A DNA stretch of 64,000 nt, taken from contig JAQGDQ010000023.1 of NCBI GenBank assembly GCA_030141605.1, positions 186,001 to 250,000 on the forward strand. The letters run 5' to 3'. Positions within the stretch are counted from its first letter, which is position 1; each line of letters begins with the position of its first letter. The position numbers and the translations under genes are program-made. The notes beneath the pieces are model-generated. The model was not told where the DNA came from and did no database searches. It saw only the letters and a program-made list of their open reading frames with translations. Source of the stretch: Tubiluchus corallicola (Eukaryota; Animalia; Priapulida). Below are positions 28,901 through 40,100 of the stretch, piece after piece.

Positions 28901-31900
28901 TTGTATAGCTAAGTTGGTTTACAATGTGCAAAATTTAGAATTTTTGCTATGTTTTTGTTGTGTACTTGCAAATTTTGTGGAACAGTGTGCATAACACAAT
29001 TTACAATAGACAGATCTTTTTTGCCGTGTGCGGTTAGTGTTAGACAAGACTTAACGGCTTATCCCAAGTGCAATTTAACATGTCTTTTTTATTCTTATTT
29101 ATCTAGACTCAGTTGTTGCCTTGTGCTTTTCCTGAGCTACATGTGTTTGACTGCAGTGTGGTACAACTACCACTACACTGAGTACCGTGGTGAATTCACC
29201 TATATGGATTTATCATGGCAAGCTGTGTTGGTTGGTCTTATCATTGCTGTCACCTGCCTTCCTGTGAATCTGATACTTCAATTTCTGTTTAGAATAATAA
29301 AGGTAATACCTATTTCTTATATTTTTTCAGTATGATGTCACAATCATCTTGCCAGTATGATACCAAGCATTCTAGCATCAAACATTTCGTTTTTAATTTT
29401 AATTCCCTGTATTATCTAGTTTATACTGTTGAGGGACAAAGGCTTTTATCGTTGGATGCAAGACTGTTTTTTATTCTATCAACGTTGATCAATGAATTTT
29501 TAGTGTGACTTCATGTGCAAATTAATGAGGAAAATATTGATTACAGTTTTATTAATTTCATAGCAGTAAGAATAAAATGCCACATTATCAAACGAAATGA
29601 AATTTACGTTTCTGTTGACGTTGACACTTGAATCTGCATATTCAATTTTATGCATTGCATGATTTCTGTAATTTAATATTTGAGTAAAATTGTTTAAGCA
29701 TTCATGTTTTTAGAACACCCTGTCCCTAAATTATATTTACCGAGTAGTGTATTAAGAATTCCTGACCAGCGCTCATTGTTCTTGTTTGGTTCTTGTTTGA
29801 TTTCGTTTCTCTTTTTACTTTTTGTACCTTTTCAAATGAAGAGCTTGCTGTCTTGTTGTACATTGTAACAAAACATTTCCAGATAGGAAAACCATGAAAG
29901 TTTTTTCTGTTTCAGCCGCTTCAAATGCCAAGACGTAAACAAGTGCCAGCTGATGCAGGTACTGATGAGGGTACTGCAGGTACAAGGGAAGAAATGGAAA
30001 ATGCCACAGATTTGATAGACGAATCATTACAGGCGTGGAGCACCTTACAAGAGCTAGCACAGAGACTCTATGCTAAGCACTACCATGATGAACTTTTGCA
30101 TGGGTGAATTTCTTAATAAGATGACATGAGATGAGATGAGATGAGATGAGATGAGATGAGATGAGGTGAGGTGAGGTGAGGTGAGGTGAGGTGAGATGAG
30201 GTGAGGTGAGGTGAGATGAGATGAGATGAGATGAGATGAGATGAGATAATATTTATTTTCATCCGTATGATATAAACAGTACATATTTGTAGAAACATGA
30301 GCTTAAAGCTCGTAAACCGATATCAAGCATAATGTATATGAGCGATAACATGGTAAAAATATGTACTTCTTAAATCATTTGGATGCTACCTGAGGTATTG
30401 GGACAAGAAAAATTAAAACTACATGAAGACAGTAAAAATTTGAGACAGTTAAGAATTGAGACAGTAAAAACTTTATGCAATAACATTTTCTAAAATTTAC
30501 ACAAAAAGCTATCTAGGTCATAAAAATGTTTCTGCCACACACAACACAGTCCATGAGTTAATTAGACGTTTAAATTCCCCAAGATTTTCGGCCATTCGGA
30601 GACAGTTTGGTAATTCATTCCACAATGTGGCTCCATAATAGGAGAAACTTTTCTTGCAATATGTAACACCATCATATGTAGGGTGACCTGCAGTGTTCAT
30701 TTTTCTGAGGAAGTAGTGGTTTTGTTTTCGTTCCTCTATCAGTCCATAGAGATAGGGCGGGCAGTTTTTGGACAAAATCTTGAATACTTTGATAGCAATG
30801 AGACGTTGTCTCCGAAGTTGAAGAGACACAGAATTGTCCTTTAACAATAGATTTTCGTAGGTACTTTCGAAATCATTATAAACTAGACGGAGCGCTCTAA
30901 AATTCAAACGCTCGAACTTCTGGCTGTTTGATTTACTACAGAAGTAACAGATTACAGGGCAGAAATTAAAATTCGACTTGTCAAAGGAAAAGTAGATGAG
31001 TTTTCGACATTCTACCGACAAGTTTCGACCAATATGGTGTAGAACATTAATCTGTTTTGCTGCTTTTTTGCACAGGGCTGTAATGTGCGAATCAAAGTTC
31101 AGGCGATAGTCTATATTTGCACCAAGAAGTTTCACCTCATACGTACATTCAATATCCACTCCTTTGATGTTGAAAGTAGGTTTCAGGTCGTATAATATAA
31201 TTTTGCCCACAGCAATCCCCTGAAACTTCCCCGGATTTGCTTCCATCTGGTTGGAAGCAAACCAGTCGACCAGTGCGTTACTTTCAAACAAACAAGGTTT
31301 GTTTCATATCGTTAAACGATTTACTGGAGTAAGAAACAGCATTGTCATCAGCATAGTTGTACAAGGTGGATTTACTGATAAAATGCAAGATATCATTAAT
31401 AAAACAATTAAAAAGTACAGGTCCAGTTAAAGATACCTGTGGAATGCCTTTATCCATAGGAAGGGGTGAGCTCTGAACGTCCTCGATATGAACTAGTTGT
31501 TTTTTGTCAGTAAGGTAGCTCTTGATCAAATTTACAGCATTTTCTGATAAATTATAGCACCTTAACTTTTCCAACAATAAATTGTGCAGAAGGCAGTCAA
31601 AAGCCTTTGAAAGATCCATCAGAATGGCACCAACATAGTCCAGTCCTTTCCTCCACTCTTCGGTCAACCCTAACAGTGCCGACTGGCAGCTGTATGGGTG
31701 AGTTTTTTCTGCAAATCAAGACATTTTGAGAGGAACAGAAATAATGATAAACAGAATCTGCATCTAAAGCAAAATGTAGTGGCGTTTTTCTTATTAAACA
31801 TAGCACAGGTTTTTAAATTTCTTTCGGATACATTTAATGTTATTGTTGGCAAGCATTCTGAGCCCTGTTTATGGCTGTGCGTTATTTTGGTATGCCGACC

Positions 31901-34900
31901 ACTCAACAACAAGAAATAAGCAGGGTACAAGTTGCTGTTTGTGATGCTAAGTAAGTAAGAGTGAATGCCTGATTGTACTTCGCAGAAATACTTGAGTAAT
32001 AGAATTGTAAGTCCTCGCTTAACGACTCCCTGTTTAGCCACATTTCGTTTTAACGATGCTGATAATTTGTCACCTTTATCTCACTTAATGAGGCATGTTT
32101 CATTTTAATGACAATTTTTTTACTTTGCTCACAGCTATTTTTTATTTTATCAACAACTTTTTTTAAACCTAATTTGAAGCATAAAAATGTTACATATTGC
32201 GTTTTTCTGTTCTAAAAAACAAAGTAACCTAAACAGTGCAATTGTTATGTTTTTGCTTCCCAACTGACTACGTACTAAATTCTGGCTGTTTGTACTACAC
32301 TCGAATTTAGATTTTGTACAAAGGAGTTTCATCTGCATTGAACCTGTTGCTATAGGAACCAGATTAGTACATGAACTTGTTTCAAGGTTGCTCCAGGGCT
32401 TAACTTCATAGTGAACCATGGCATTTAACCACTAACTGCCTTTATATAGGTTTCATCGTAAAGTAAAGAGAAACTGCTTGCAGGTCTAACTATATATAGA
32501 TAAGAAAAATAGGTGGTTTCAAGCAAACAGAAAGAAATTTATCAGTACAAATATGAATAAAACTCATAATACGTTTAATTTACATGGTTTAAGCAGCATT
32601 GATTTTTGTCTCTGGGACATATCTCAATTCTTTTACATTACCTTTGCTGGAAGTCTTGGTTTCGTTTAATGACGTTTTGTTTAATGTCACGTTTCGCATA
32701 AACGTATTAGCTTTCGCTAAGCAAGGACTTACTGAACTTTGAGTTCTTATACGTTTATTTATAGCAGCCAGTTTTTGTATTACAGACAGCTAACAGGCCA
32801 ACAAACCAGTAACCCACCCACTCCTAACCTTACACATCAGCAAACTGAAAGAATGGAGGGAGAATCTTGTTTTGATAGTAGCAGTCCAGGAAGTCCAGCA
32901 AGTGTCCGCAAGTCAGCTGTAGTGACTGAAGAGGAATCAGGATTTGAAGATTGTGCGAGTTTACCTGATAGTGCATCTAATCAACAAAGGTGCATATCAT
33001 TAATAAATTATGACTGTGATTGCTAGAATGTTTTTATATGCTGTTTATTTTACCAATTATTACCCATTGTGGGTACAACTCACTACTAATTGCCAGCTAA
33101 TTTGGGAAGGTAGTGATACAATAGGGGCAAAAATACATACCATTTTTTACATATGACTGTTCTTGTCAGAAAGCTAATCACGTCACTATAAAATGACAAA
33201 GAAGACTATTTAATGGTAATGAAAATGATGAATTTACAGTAAACTGAATGTTGTATTGGATTCTCGATTTGAATTTTTTGAGCTAGAAAAATGTGATTGT
33301 CTTAATGTATTTAAAAAAGTACAGATGCTTTCGTAAGGAAATGTAAATTTTTCAGACAAGTAGCAAAAGCAGGTTTATGTCAACAATGCCTTTATGATCA
33401 ACCAAAAATTCACAAAGCAGGTTGTTTTATTAGACCTGTTTTTTCAGGTGCAAATTCAAATATTTATAGTCTAGCTTCCTTTTTAACTTGTTTTTTTTTG
33501 GTTACTCCTTTTTTGCTAATTTATTTTTTACCATAATTATTAGGATGGCACTTTAGAAAGGTGGTAGCAAAGGTCTAGCAAAGCACACGTAGGCTTTTAT
33601 ATGAAATGTTCACTTATTAAAAATAATTATAATTACAATTATAAATTGTCAATAATAAAGATAATTATAAGTAAAATTAATACGCATTTGCATTTGATAA
33701 CCAAACCCAAAAGGGCTTTGGATTCCTATGACAAAATTATGCTTGTCATTTTTGAACAAAGCTAATAGCATTGAATATCAAGAAACCCCTGTTAATAGCC
33801 TCCTTTGAGTTTCCTGAATTTACAGAGACTTGGTCTCTAGAGAAGGTAAGCCGTCCCAGAAGTTATAGTGTATTTCAAGTCAGTTTATTTACTTTGAATG
33901 AGAATTATTGTATAGCAATCTTTAGAATTTGTTTAAGGAAACACTTCTTAATGTGACGGTCTCAAAAATTTGTTAAAATAATGCCATTTCTTATTTTTTC
34001 ACTTATATGTTCTCTTAGGTTGAATAATGTGGCTTTTAAACACCAACTGATATGATTTATAATGATCTTACAGTAACAGCTATTGCAGTGACACTATAAA
34101 ATTTGGCAAACTGCATTCCTCATGTCCGGTTTTACGTTATTTTTCAGAAAACTATCTTATATTAAGAGTGAAGATAATCAGTACAAGGAAGCTCTGTCAT
34201 CATCAGTGCCTGGATGTGAACAACTAAAGATGAAGCCATGTTCAAAATGCATTCTTTTGCCAGCATGGTGCATCATAATACCTTGGGTGTTATGCTTTGC
34301 ATTGGCGTGTGCGGCAGGATATTTCACTATTATATATGCTTATCATTTTGGCCGTACATGTACTATCTTTTGGCTTCAGAGTACATACGTAGCACTTTTG
34401 TCTAGCATTTTTATTGTGCAACCTTTTCTAATCACTCTATTTGCAATTTATATAGCTACTAGGTGCCGTAATTCCATTTCCATATATTTAAGCAATCTAA
34501 ATAATGGAAAACTGCACTTGGCTGACTTGGCTGCAAGTGTAGCGAATGTGTTATCTGATGTAGATGCCATAACACGCGGGATTGCAGCAAGAGCTCGCTC
34601 TAGGTATTTAAGATTTGCACGTCCACCTCCAGAAAAACAACTTTTGGAAGCCAGAGAACAAACAATGAAGGAAAAGCAGACCTTTCGAATCATTTCTGAT
34701 GTCATCAGTTACTGTGCGCTGTTATTGCTGCTTTTACTGTTAGCATTTAGCAAAGACAGGAGCAGTTCATCTCTGCTGAACATGTCTATCAGTAATGCTT
34801 TTGTGAACACACCAATTATGCCGTTTACAAAAATACGATCACAGTCTGACTGGTGGACGTGGTGCCACAATGACATGACTTCTGCATTGTTTGCAAATAC

Positions 34901-37151
34901 TAAACCTTCCAAAGGCCTTCAACCCATAATGGGTGGAACCAGCTTCCTTATTGGTCAAGTTATTCTGCGTCAGGTAAAGGTTTCTGTGAGTTCTTGCGAT
35001 GCAAACATTTCTTCATACTGTAGACATGACTACCATGAACAACCAACATCAGAAACTGCTAATTCTTGGCTATTTATGCCTATCAAGCTACTACGTGAAA
35101 ACAGCGGACATATTGTAAAATTACCCAGACACGAACAAGAATGCCGAAACAAACTATTGAAATTAGAAGCGGAAAAGTGGTTGGATGCACAAACGCAAAC
35201 TGTAATCGTTGAATTTTCTTTATACAATGCACCAACAAATCTTTTCAGTCGTGTTCTGCTTACAGTAGAGTTTCCTTCTGTTGGATCAGCATTTCCTCGT
35301 CCTGTTGTAGACTCCATGCATTTACACAAATACACGTCTCCAACTGATACCTTATTATGGGTCTGGGAGATGATATTTGTTTTCGTTGTTCTGTACAGCA
35401 TTAAGACTGAAATTTACAGAAGCCTGAAATATAGACGACGCTACCTTGAAAGCTTTTGGAACTACATACATGGGTTGTTCCTAGCTATGTCAATAATGTG
35501 GATGATTTGTTCAGTTTATAGGTTTTTCATAGTCTATGGCATTGTAGAAGCAATGAGAGTGACATACAGTGAGGTTTACATTGATTTGGGTTTTGCAATG
35601 ATGTGGGAAAGCATTATTAATACTATACTTGGCTCTATTATCTTTCTTTGGATAGTAAAAGCACTGCGCCTGTACCGCTACAACAACACAATCGCAAAGT
35701 TTGGCCACATCTATAAAGCTGGAGCAAAGGAAATTTCCATGTTCGCAGTTATGTTTGCTGTACTGATATCAGCATACAGTGTTCTGGGTGTACTTTGTTT
35801 TGGTACTTTCTCAACAAGTTTTCGCAACTTTGTGTCTGGCACGGGAAGCTTGATGGATCTAATAACAAGAAATCATGACATTAAAAAAAACATAGAACAG
35901 AAACATACTTTCACATCACTTTACATAATTAGTTTTCTTTTTCTAGTTTTTATGCTCTTAAATGCTTTTATGAAAGCCATATTAAATCTCAACTATGAAA
36001 ATTATCAAACACCTAGCAGAATACCACTCACATATAAAGAAATGGGTGTTATCATGTGGAATAGAATGATCGATCTGATTTTTGCTGTTTTCTGTGGTGC
36101 TGACGTTGAGGACGATGAAGATGAAGATGAGGGCGACCATAGTGGTAAAAGTAAGGAGGATATTCCTCTTCCTGCTGAACTGACATTAGCTGAGGTGCAG
36201 TACCAAGTGGATGAGCTTTTGATCAGAATGACGTCGATTACTGGTCACCAGCCAGTGACTCAACAAAACTCTCAACCAATGATTCAACAAGACGGCCAAC
36301 AGTCAGTGATTCATCGAGATTCTCAGCAGTCGGTGAATGAACAAGATACACTGACATACCTGAACAGATGTAGTACTGAAGATCCATGTAACCTGTTTCC
36401 TGATTTGAACCACTTTGCCGTTGAACAAAAAATTTCAAAGATAAGGCAACGCTTACTGTCTCACGATCGTGAGATTGCCGAGTACTTGTTGCAAAACGAC
36501 CCGGACAAAGACAGAGAAGTAACTGTGAGAAATCAGCTGGAATTTGAAATGCTGCATTTGCTTCGAGAACGACATGCACGCGCTTCCCAGCTCGACAGTT
36601 ACAGCATTAACAGTGATTGCTTGTATAACTATGATACCAGCTACAGTGGCAACAACAGTGAGGGCTACGGTGTTGATAACCACTTTGAATTTGTTCAAGA
36701 TGACATTGAGTTGCCAATAGAAATGAATTTGGATTTTTGTGCAAGTGACCTTGAGGATGATCTGTTTAGATCAATGAATCCACGCATTTGTGTGCGACAG
36801 AACAGTAGTATTTCGCTCAAATCACCTTCTTGTTCAAGTCACAGTCCCAAGTCGTCGAGTTCGCAGGAAAATTTTGAAGAACTGTATCAACCGTGTAAAA
36901 TGGCATCGCGGTTAATTGTCCCAAAATTTGACCAGGTGGATTCCACTTCGAGCTCTGATATTGAAGCGATGATGCAAGAAATGAGAGCTTCGTCTCATCA
37001 TCGTTTACGGAAAACAAAATCACGGGGAAAAGGAAAAGGCAAAAGTGCTAACTTACTTACGGAATCAGACTTTGCAGCTTTGACAACAAGTACTGTAGAG
37101 AGCGACGATCTTGTACAAGTGCCTCAAGAAATGGAGGAGTGTCGATTATAA
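5791..37151 (+). CDS. PKD1L1: Polycystin-1 family protein, PKD1L1-like; 20 exons, about 4198 aa
   Basis: Exons 5791-5899, 6888-7068, 8663-8850, 9321-9640, 10281-10502, 12199-15285, 15867-16063, 17195-17567, 18870-19629, 19988-20448, 21201-21489, 22633-22939, 23311-25182, 26042-26249, 27077-27242, 28401-28665, 29107-29302, 29916-30103, 32786-32989, 34148-37151 join in phase (12597 nt). Motifs: WSC, WDFGDG-type PKD repeats, REJ (LDALASFDPD), GPS CSCNHLTAF, PLAT (YRIVIETG...AGTTAKV, LWHNNAG.SPSWYL), FTRIQRLSCCL, TOP (VEFSLYNAPTNLF). ARARSRYLRFARPP recalls vertebrate PKD1L1. Family assignment is firm; orthology is less so. Confidence 0.88.
6888..7068 (+). CDS. PKD1L1-like exon 2 (WSC domain)
   Basis: ttcag| DTER...CAKFCLNHNVEYAAVTGINECSC...CVQ AG|gtacat. 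Confidence 0.8.
7218..7993. mobile_element. hAT-type non-autonomous element (MITE)
   Basis: Perfect 17-bp TIRs CAGGGATGTTACCGAAA / TTTCGGTAACATCCCTG with subterminal TTTCG/TTTCAG repeats; target-site duplication is degenerate. Confidence 0.8.
8663..8850 (+). CDS. PKD1L1-like exon 3 (end of WSC)
   Basis: ttttcag| CETPLFQDSNLTCGGKDAWSVYL...; weak donor G|gttgaa, but in phase with exon 4. Confidence 0.75.
9321..9640 (+). CDS. PKD1L1-like exon 4 (PKD repeat)
   Basis: GTDVNFIWNFD...HAFALPGTYNITLSAGN; donor gtaagc. Confidence 0.85.
10281..10502 (+). CDS. PKD1L1-like exon 5 (PKD repeat)
   Basis: GANVTFLWSF...HVFDTSGLHELTLSVSN; ttttgtag acceptor, gtaagt donor. Confidence 0.85.
12199..15285 (+). 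CDS. PKD1L1-like exon 6 (3087 nt, tandem PKD/Ig-like repeats)
   Basis: 1029 open codons with repeated IDYGDG/WSFDDG/WDFGE/FDYGDG and G.Y.V.V...N motifs. Confidence 0.92.
15867..16063 (+). CDS. PKD1L1-like exon 7 (PKD repeat)
   Basis: VYVENPVQG...YVWDMG...YMFDQPG CG|gtaagt. Confidence 0.85.
17195..17567 (+). CDS. PKD1L1-like exon 8 (last PKD repeat, REJ start)
   Basis: FIWDMGDG...AGEYKVSVTASN...PCEKP; donor gtgagt. Confidence 0.88.
17826..18310. repeat. Foldback/palindromic element with two nested pairs of inverted arms
   Basis: Outer arms about 17826-17900 and 18236-18310; inner arms about 18042-18107 and 18126-18191. Confidence 0.8.
18776..18846. repeat. (TA)n/(TG)n microsatellite
   Basis: Seen directly; a further TA-rich tract lies at about 19862-19941. 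Confidence 0.9.
18870..19629 (+). CDS. PKD1L1-like exon 9 (REJ)
   Basis: FERSSDIVLEP...LKLDALASFDPD...YKWSC. An alternative donor 6 nt downstream has the same phase. Confidence 0.88.
19988..20448 (+). CDS. PKD1L1-like exon 10 (Ser/Thr-rich insert)
   Basis: Open, phase-compatible; TSTTSTQSS...SPSTTSATTKSST. Confidence 0.75.
20640..21003. mobile_element. Partial hAT-like element, same family as 41590-42740
   Basis: Shares CAATAATGG.TAC.TTCATT...GAATCAT.CTGA, TATCG subterminal repeats and the AAATTTGTATC.TT.ACATCCCTA end with the copy near 42.7 kb. Left boundary approximate. Confidence 0.6.
21201..21489 (+). CDS. PKD1L1-like exon 11 (Pro/Gly-rich insert with RRKR)
   Basis: ttcag|NGNLP...FPPFRRKRESGDP...G|gtaata; phases 0 and 1 fit both neighbours. 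Confidence 0.72.
22160..22602. mobile_element. hAT-like MITE
   Basis: TIRs TAGTGATGGGCGATT / AATCTCCCCTCACTA (13/15), GATTA subterminal repeats, 5/8 matching flanks. Confidence 0.55.
22633..22939 (+). CDS. PKD1L1-like exon 12 (acidic insert)
   Basis: GPPVFGP...ESASEGEGSGREDGGDND...LE AG|gtacag; phases 1 and 2 fit. Confidence 0.72.
23311..25182 (+). CDS. PKD1L1-like exon 13 (REJ end, GAIN/GPS)
   Basis: GRCTLKPEFG.ELET.F.I.C..W.D; CLYFD...W.DTGC...THCSCNHLTAFGS. Confidence 0.93.
25793..25990. mobile_element. Tc1/mariner-pogo (Tigger-like) MITE
   Basis: TA|CGGTCAAACCTC ... GAGGGTTGACTG|TA; TA target duplication. Confidence 0.7.
26042..26249 (+). CDS. PKD1L1-like exon 14 (TM1, PLAT start)
   Basis: Hydrophobic helix then YRIVIETGSRKGAGTTAK|gtatga. 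Confidence 0.9.
26631..26668 (+). repeat. Degenerate interstitial (TTAGGG)n-like tract
   Basis: GGTTAGAGTTAGGGTTGGGGTAGGGTTAAGGTTAGGGT. Confidence 0.7.
27077..27242 (+). CDS. PKD1L1-like exon 15 (PLAT)
   Basis: VSLILHGEKGMSETREL...FERLSCDTF...LWHNNA. Confidence 0.9.
27289..28277. mobile_element. TTAA-flanked, piggyBac-like non-autonomous element
   Basis: TTAA|CTCCTTCAGGAC ... GTCGTGAAGAAG|TTAA (TIR 10/12). Confidence 0.5.
28401..28665 (+). CDS. PKD1L1-like exon 16 (PLAT end; GC donor)
   Basis: GISPSWYLSRVIVED...DFHLWISV...FTRIQ AG|gcaagt. Confidence 0.88.
29107..29302 (+). CDS. PKD1L1-like exon 17 (TM2-TM3)
   Basis: RLSCCLVLFLSYMCLTAVWY...PVNLILQFLFR. Confidence 0.9.
29916..30103 (+). CDS. 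PKD1L1-like exon 18 (cytoplasmic loop)
   Basis: tttcag|PLQMPRRK...LLH GG|gtgaat; phases 0 and 2 fit. Confidence 0.72.
30115..31693 (-). mobile_element. 5'-truncated non-LTR retrotransposon (CR1/L2 group) in intron 18
   Basis: RT motifs MDLSKAFD, GIPQVSLTGPVLFN, YADDN, KLLG..ID.RLNF, LWNELP; frameshift near 31285; AATAAA followed by a (TCTCA)n tail. Confidence 0.88.
30121..30246. repeat. (ATGAG)n/(GTGAG)n pentanucleotide microsatellite forming the LINE 3' tail
   Basis: Seen directly; abuts the LINE 3' UTR. Confidence 0.92.
32005..32734. mobile_element. Tigger/pogo-like MITE
   Basis: GTAAGTCCTCGCTTAACG ... CGCTAAGCAAGGACTTAC inverted termini. Confidence 0.65.
32786..32989 (+). CDS. PKD1L1-like exon 19 (cytoplasmic loop)
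   Basis: ttacag|..QLTGQ...EEESGFED...QQ AG|gtgcat; phase 2 at both ends fits. Confidence 0.72.
34148..37151 (+). CDS. PKD1L1-like exon 20 (TM4-TM11, TOP domain, long C-tail)
   Basis: 3004-nt terminal coding exon; LPAWC..PW, WLQS, WLDAQTQTVIVEFSLYNAPTNLF, SFWNY, stop TAA at 37149-37151. Confidence 0.93.
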
Positions 37152-40100
37152 CTGACATTGAAACGATGCTTCTCATTATTTGAATTTGAAATTTATCTGT
37201 ACTCATCATTGCTGTTTGCTAAACAGTAAATTCTTTATTGATGAGTCGTGATTATCAGCAATCTCCGATCAAAGATCAGGATGAATCTCTTTTCATATCA
37301 ATTCCTACTTCTCTTAGACTGTTTAGAGTAGTTTGCTGGTCTTAGTAGTAAATTGTCAATAATGACTGCAACGTGAGCACGTCACATTTGAAAATTTTAC
37401 AGATTCTTTCATGGCAACGAGTAAATGTTGACTGGATTAAATATCAGCATTTCTAGCTTGTTTTAATTTCGTTGAGTGTGCATTTTTACACGCATGTAAA
37501 CATTAATTTTATCTTGTCTATCAAAGCACACAAAACAGTTGGACATTGTTGCACTTTTGTCAGTAGATAGAAATTACCAATAAGCAAAATAGAGCAGATT
37601 AGTAGAAAAATGATAATTATTAATGACTAACAGTGCACTTCATATTTTATGTTATAATCATGCACTGAGTAAGATTTAACGAGTACAGTAGTATGTTTTC
37701 ATACGGTTTGGATATTATGTGTATTTTGCCAACAAACTGTGGTGCTCTTACAATTTTTGTATCCAGTTTTTGTTTTTAATAGCACAAAAATAACTATTTT
37801 ATCAATTATGATATCATGTCAGACTGTAGCATATGAAAATAGTTTACATATAACAGAAACATTTACTTAGTATTTGATCTCATTCATCTCATATATGTAA
37901 TATGTAGTGTACTCAAATATTCGTCTCTTAATTGTGATGAAATGATTGTGATTAAAACATATGCTACACAGTCACACGTTTAAATAGTTGTTTAAAGGTT
38001 ATCGACTCATTTCACAATATTCTATACACCCACTGTGCATACTCAAATATTATTTGTTAAAAAAGTGTTAAAAATGTTAACATGAAAACAATATACATGC
38101 ATATGAATTACCCAGCTCACTATGCCAATGGTTTGAAACTGTCTCAAGTTATTTCATAACCTTTTCCCCTAAACTTCACAGCATTTTAAATTACGGATTT
38201 TTAAATTTGAAGTTGTACAGTTTAACGTGCACAGCGTTTTGAGACTATTGAAAATTGGGTTGTTTTCTGCATTAAAGAATAAATGAGATTATGTACAGAT
38301 GTATTCTATTAAATGTCGTGTAGTTTCTAGCTTTAATTTTCTGATGTTTATAATATAGTGTCTGAATATTATTTTTGCACTTACTTTCTACGTATCTGTG
38401 TTATGTAAAAGGCAGTACTATACTATATCGACAAGTTTCATCAGTTTTTGCATTTTTTCATGCAAATCTTTTGTTTACTTGGGAGTGCTAGTACATTTGG
38501 AGTATGTTTGAAAATATGATTATGACAATCATTGCCATGGCTTGATACTAATAGCTGTTTTTAGCTTATTTTGTTTTTGAGCCATTTCGTGTGTCAATCA
38601 CTTTTTATCAAATAGCGAATCTTGTGTTAGTTACTTTCGCTTTACATGCTAGCAGTTTAGATGTTAAAATTTTTATGATATGTATATTTTGCTACAAGTT
38701 TAACTGTTTGTTGTTTTATACATTTTATAGAGAAAGATATTGTTAAACCTTACAATGTTTAACTGTATGCTGCATATCAAACGTGCTTATAATGGGCCTA
38801 ATTGCTATTTTGATAACTTTTTAGAGATATGATATTTTTACTGCTTTTGTCAAAATTCTGTAGATAGCTTTTTGTATTTAACAATTTTGATAGTAACACA
38901 AACATTAAGTACAAATTGAAAGTATCGTTACAAGCGTTGCAATATGTGTAAGAGATTGTTTCTAGTATTCCATTGAGATGAACCTGCTACTGCAACCATT
39001 ATTGTTTCACATTAAGTGTACTGAATACTGAATGAGCTGAGAAATTTTGAAAACTAAGTATTTTTTATAACTGCAGGATATCACCTTTGCTGTGAACATT
39101 TTCTTGTTGTGACTAGCCTTCACTTCTATAATATGCAGAGTAATGTCTAAATGATGTAAGCATACACATTTTTTGGCATATAGCAAGTACAGGGTATCAT
39201 TTGCTATTTTTCAAACCACTCTCTGGATACAGAATGTGGGTAGATTATTAAATTTGATTCCGATCAAATACTTGAATCAGGTAGAGAAAAAATGCAATAA
39301 AAAATAATATGATTAATCTTTTACAGTGTTTTTTCTTCAGTTGTCTCTGTTTTTGCATTATTGCAAAATTACAAATCAAAGCTTGTTATATTAACATGAC
39401 ACATGAAACTCGGATTCTGTCTAGTTCAGGCTGTAACAACTATATCAAGACAAAGAACTTTCCAGACAACTAGATCAAGTCTGAGCCATTACATAAAGAC
39501 ATTACGAAGTTAGTAAGTGCGGAAATTATCAGTTGTTTGACATTTCCACCCAACGACCATGAGGACCCGATGTGAAATACTAATGATGTATAAGGTCACT
39601 GCATTATAATTATATACTTAGCCACACTGACAGCCAGTATCAAGCATTCAGTAGCACAGGCTGCATGCTATGTTGATGGTGGTGGCAGGAACAGAACCTT
39701 GAGTTACTTCCCGTTTCCAAACAGAATGTGTTGTACGAGTTAATCAGTGCTACCACTTTTTTAATCTAACACAGTTATTAACGGACAACACTGGTCTTCA
39801 GCAAAATCTTATTATGCTGAAATCAGTCTAGTTACTCTTGTATCTTTACTAATGGGAGAAGTACAAATGACTAGTGACTTGCACAGTACAGATTATTAAT
39901 TCAATGAAGAAAATCATGGCACTAATTGACCAACACTCAAACATTTTATTATTTAATACTAATTGCAGTATTTCTTATTTTTAAATATTAACTTAGAGGC
40001 TTATTTATAACAGTGACTAGATGACCTTTTTTTGGTCTTCCCCTGTCCCACTTCATAATATTACACTAACGTTTGGGTGATTATGATGATGGGGAATTAT

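Noticed and set aside
30054-30298. ORFs with ISSHL/TSPHL repeats; CRISPR-like array
   Set aside because: Translation of the pentanucleotide microsatellite; no spacers, and the DNA is eukaryotic.
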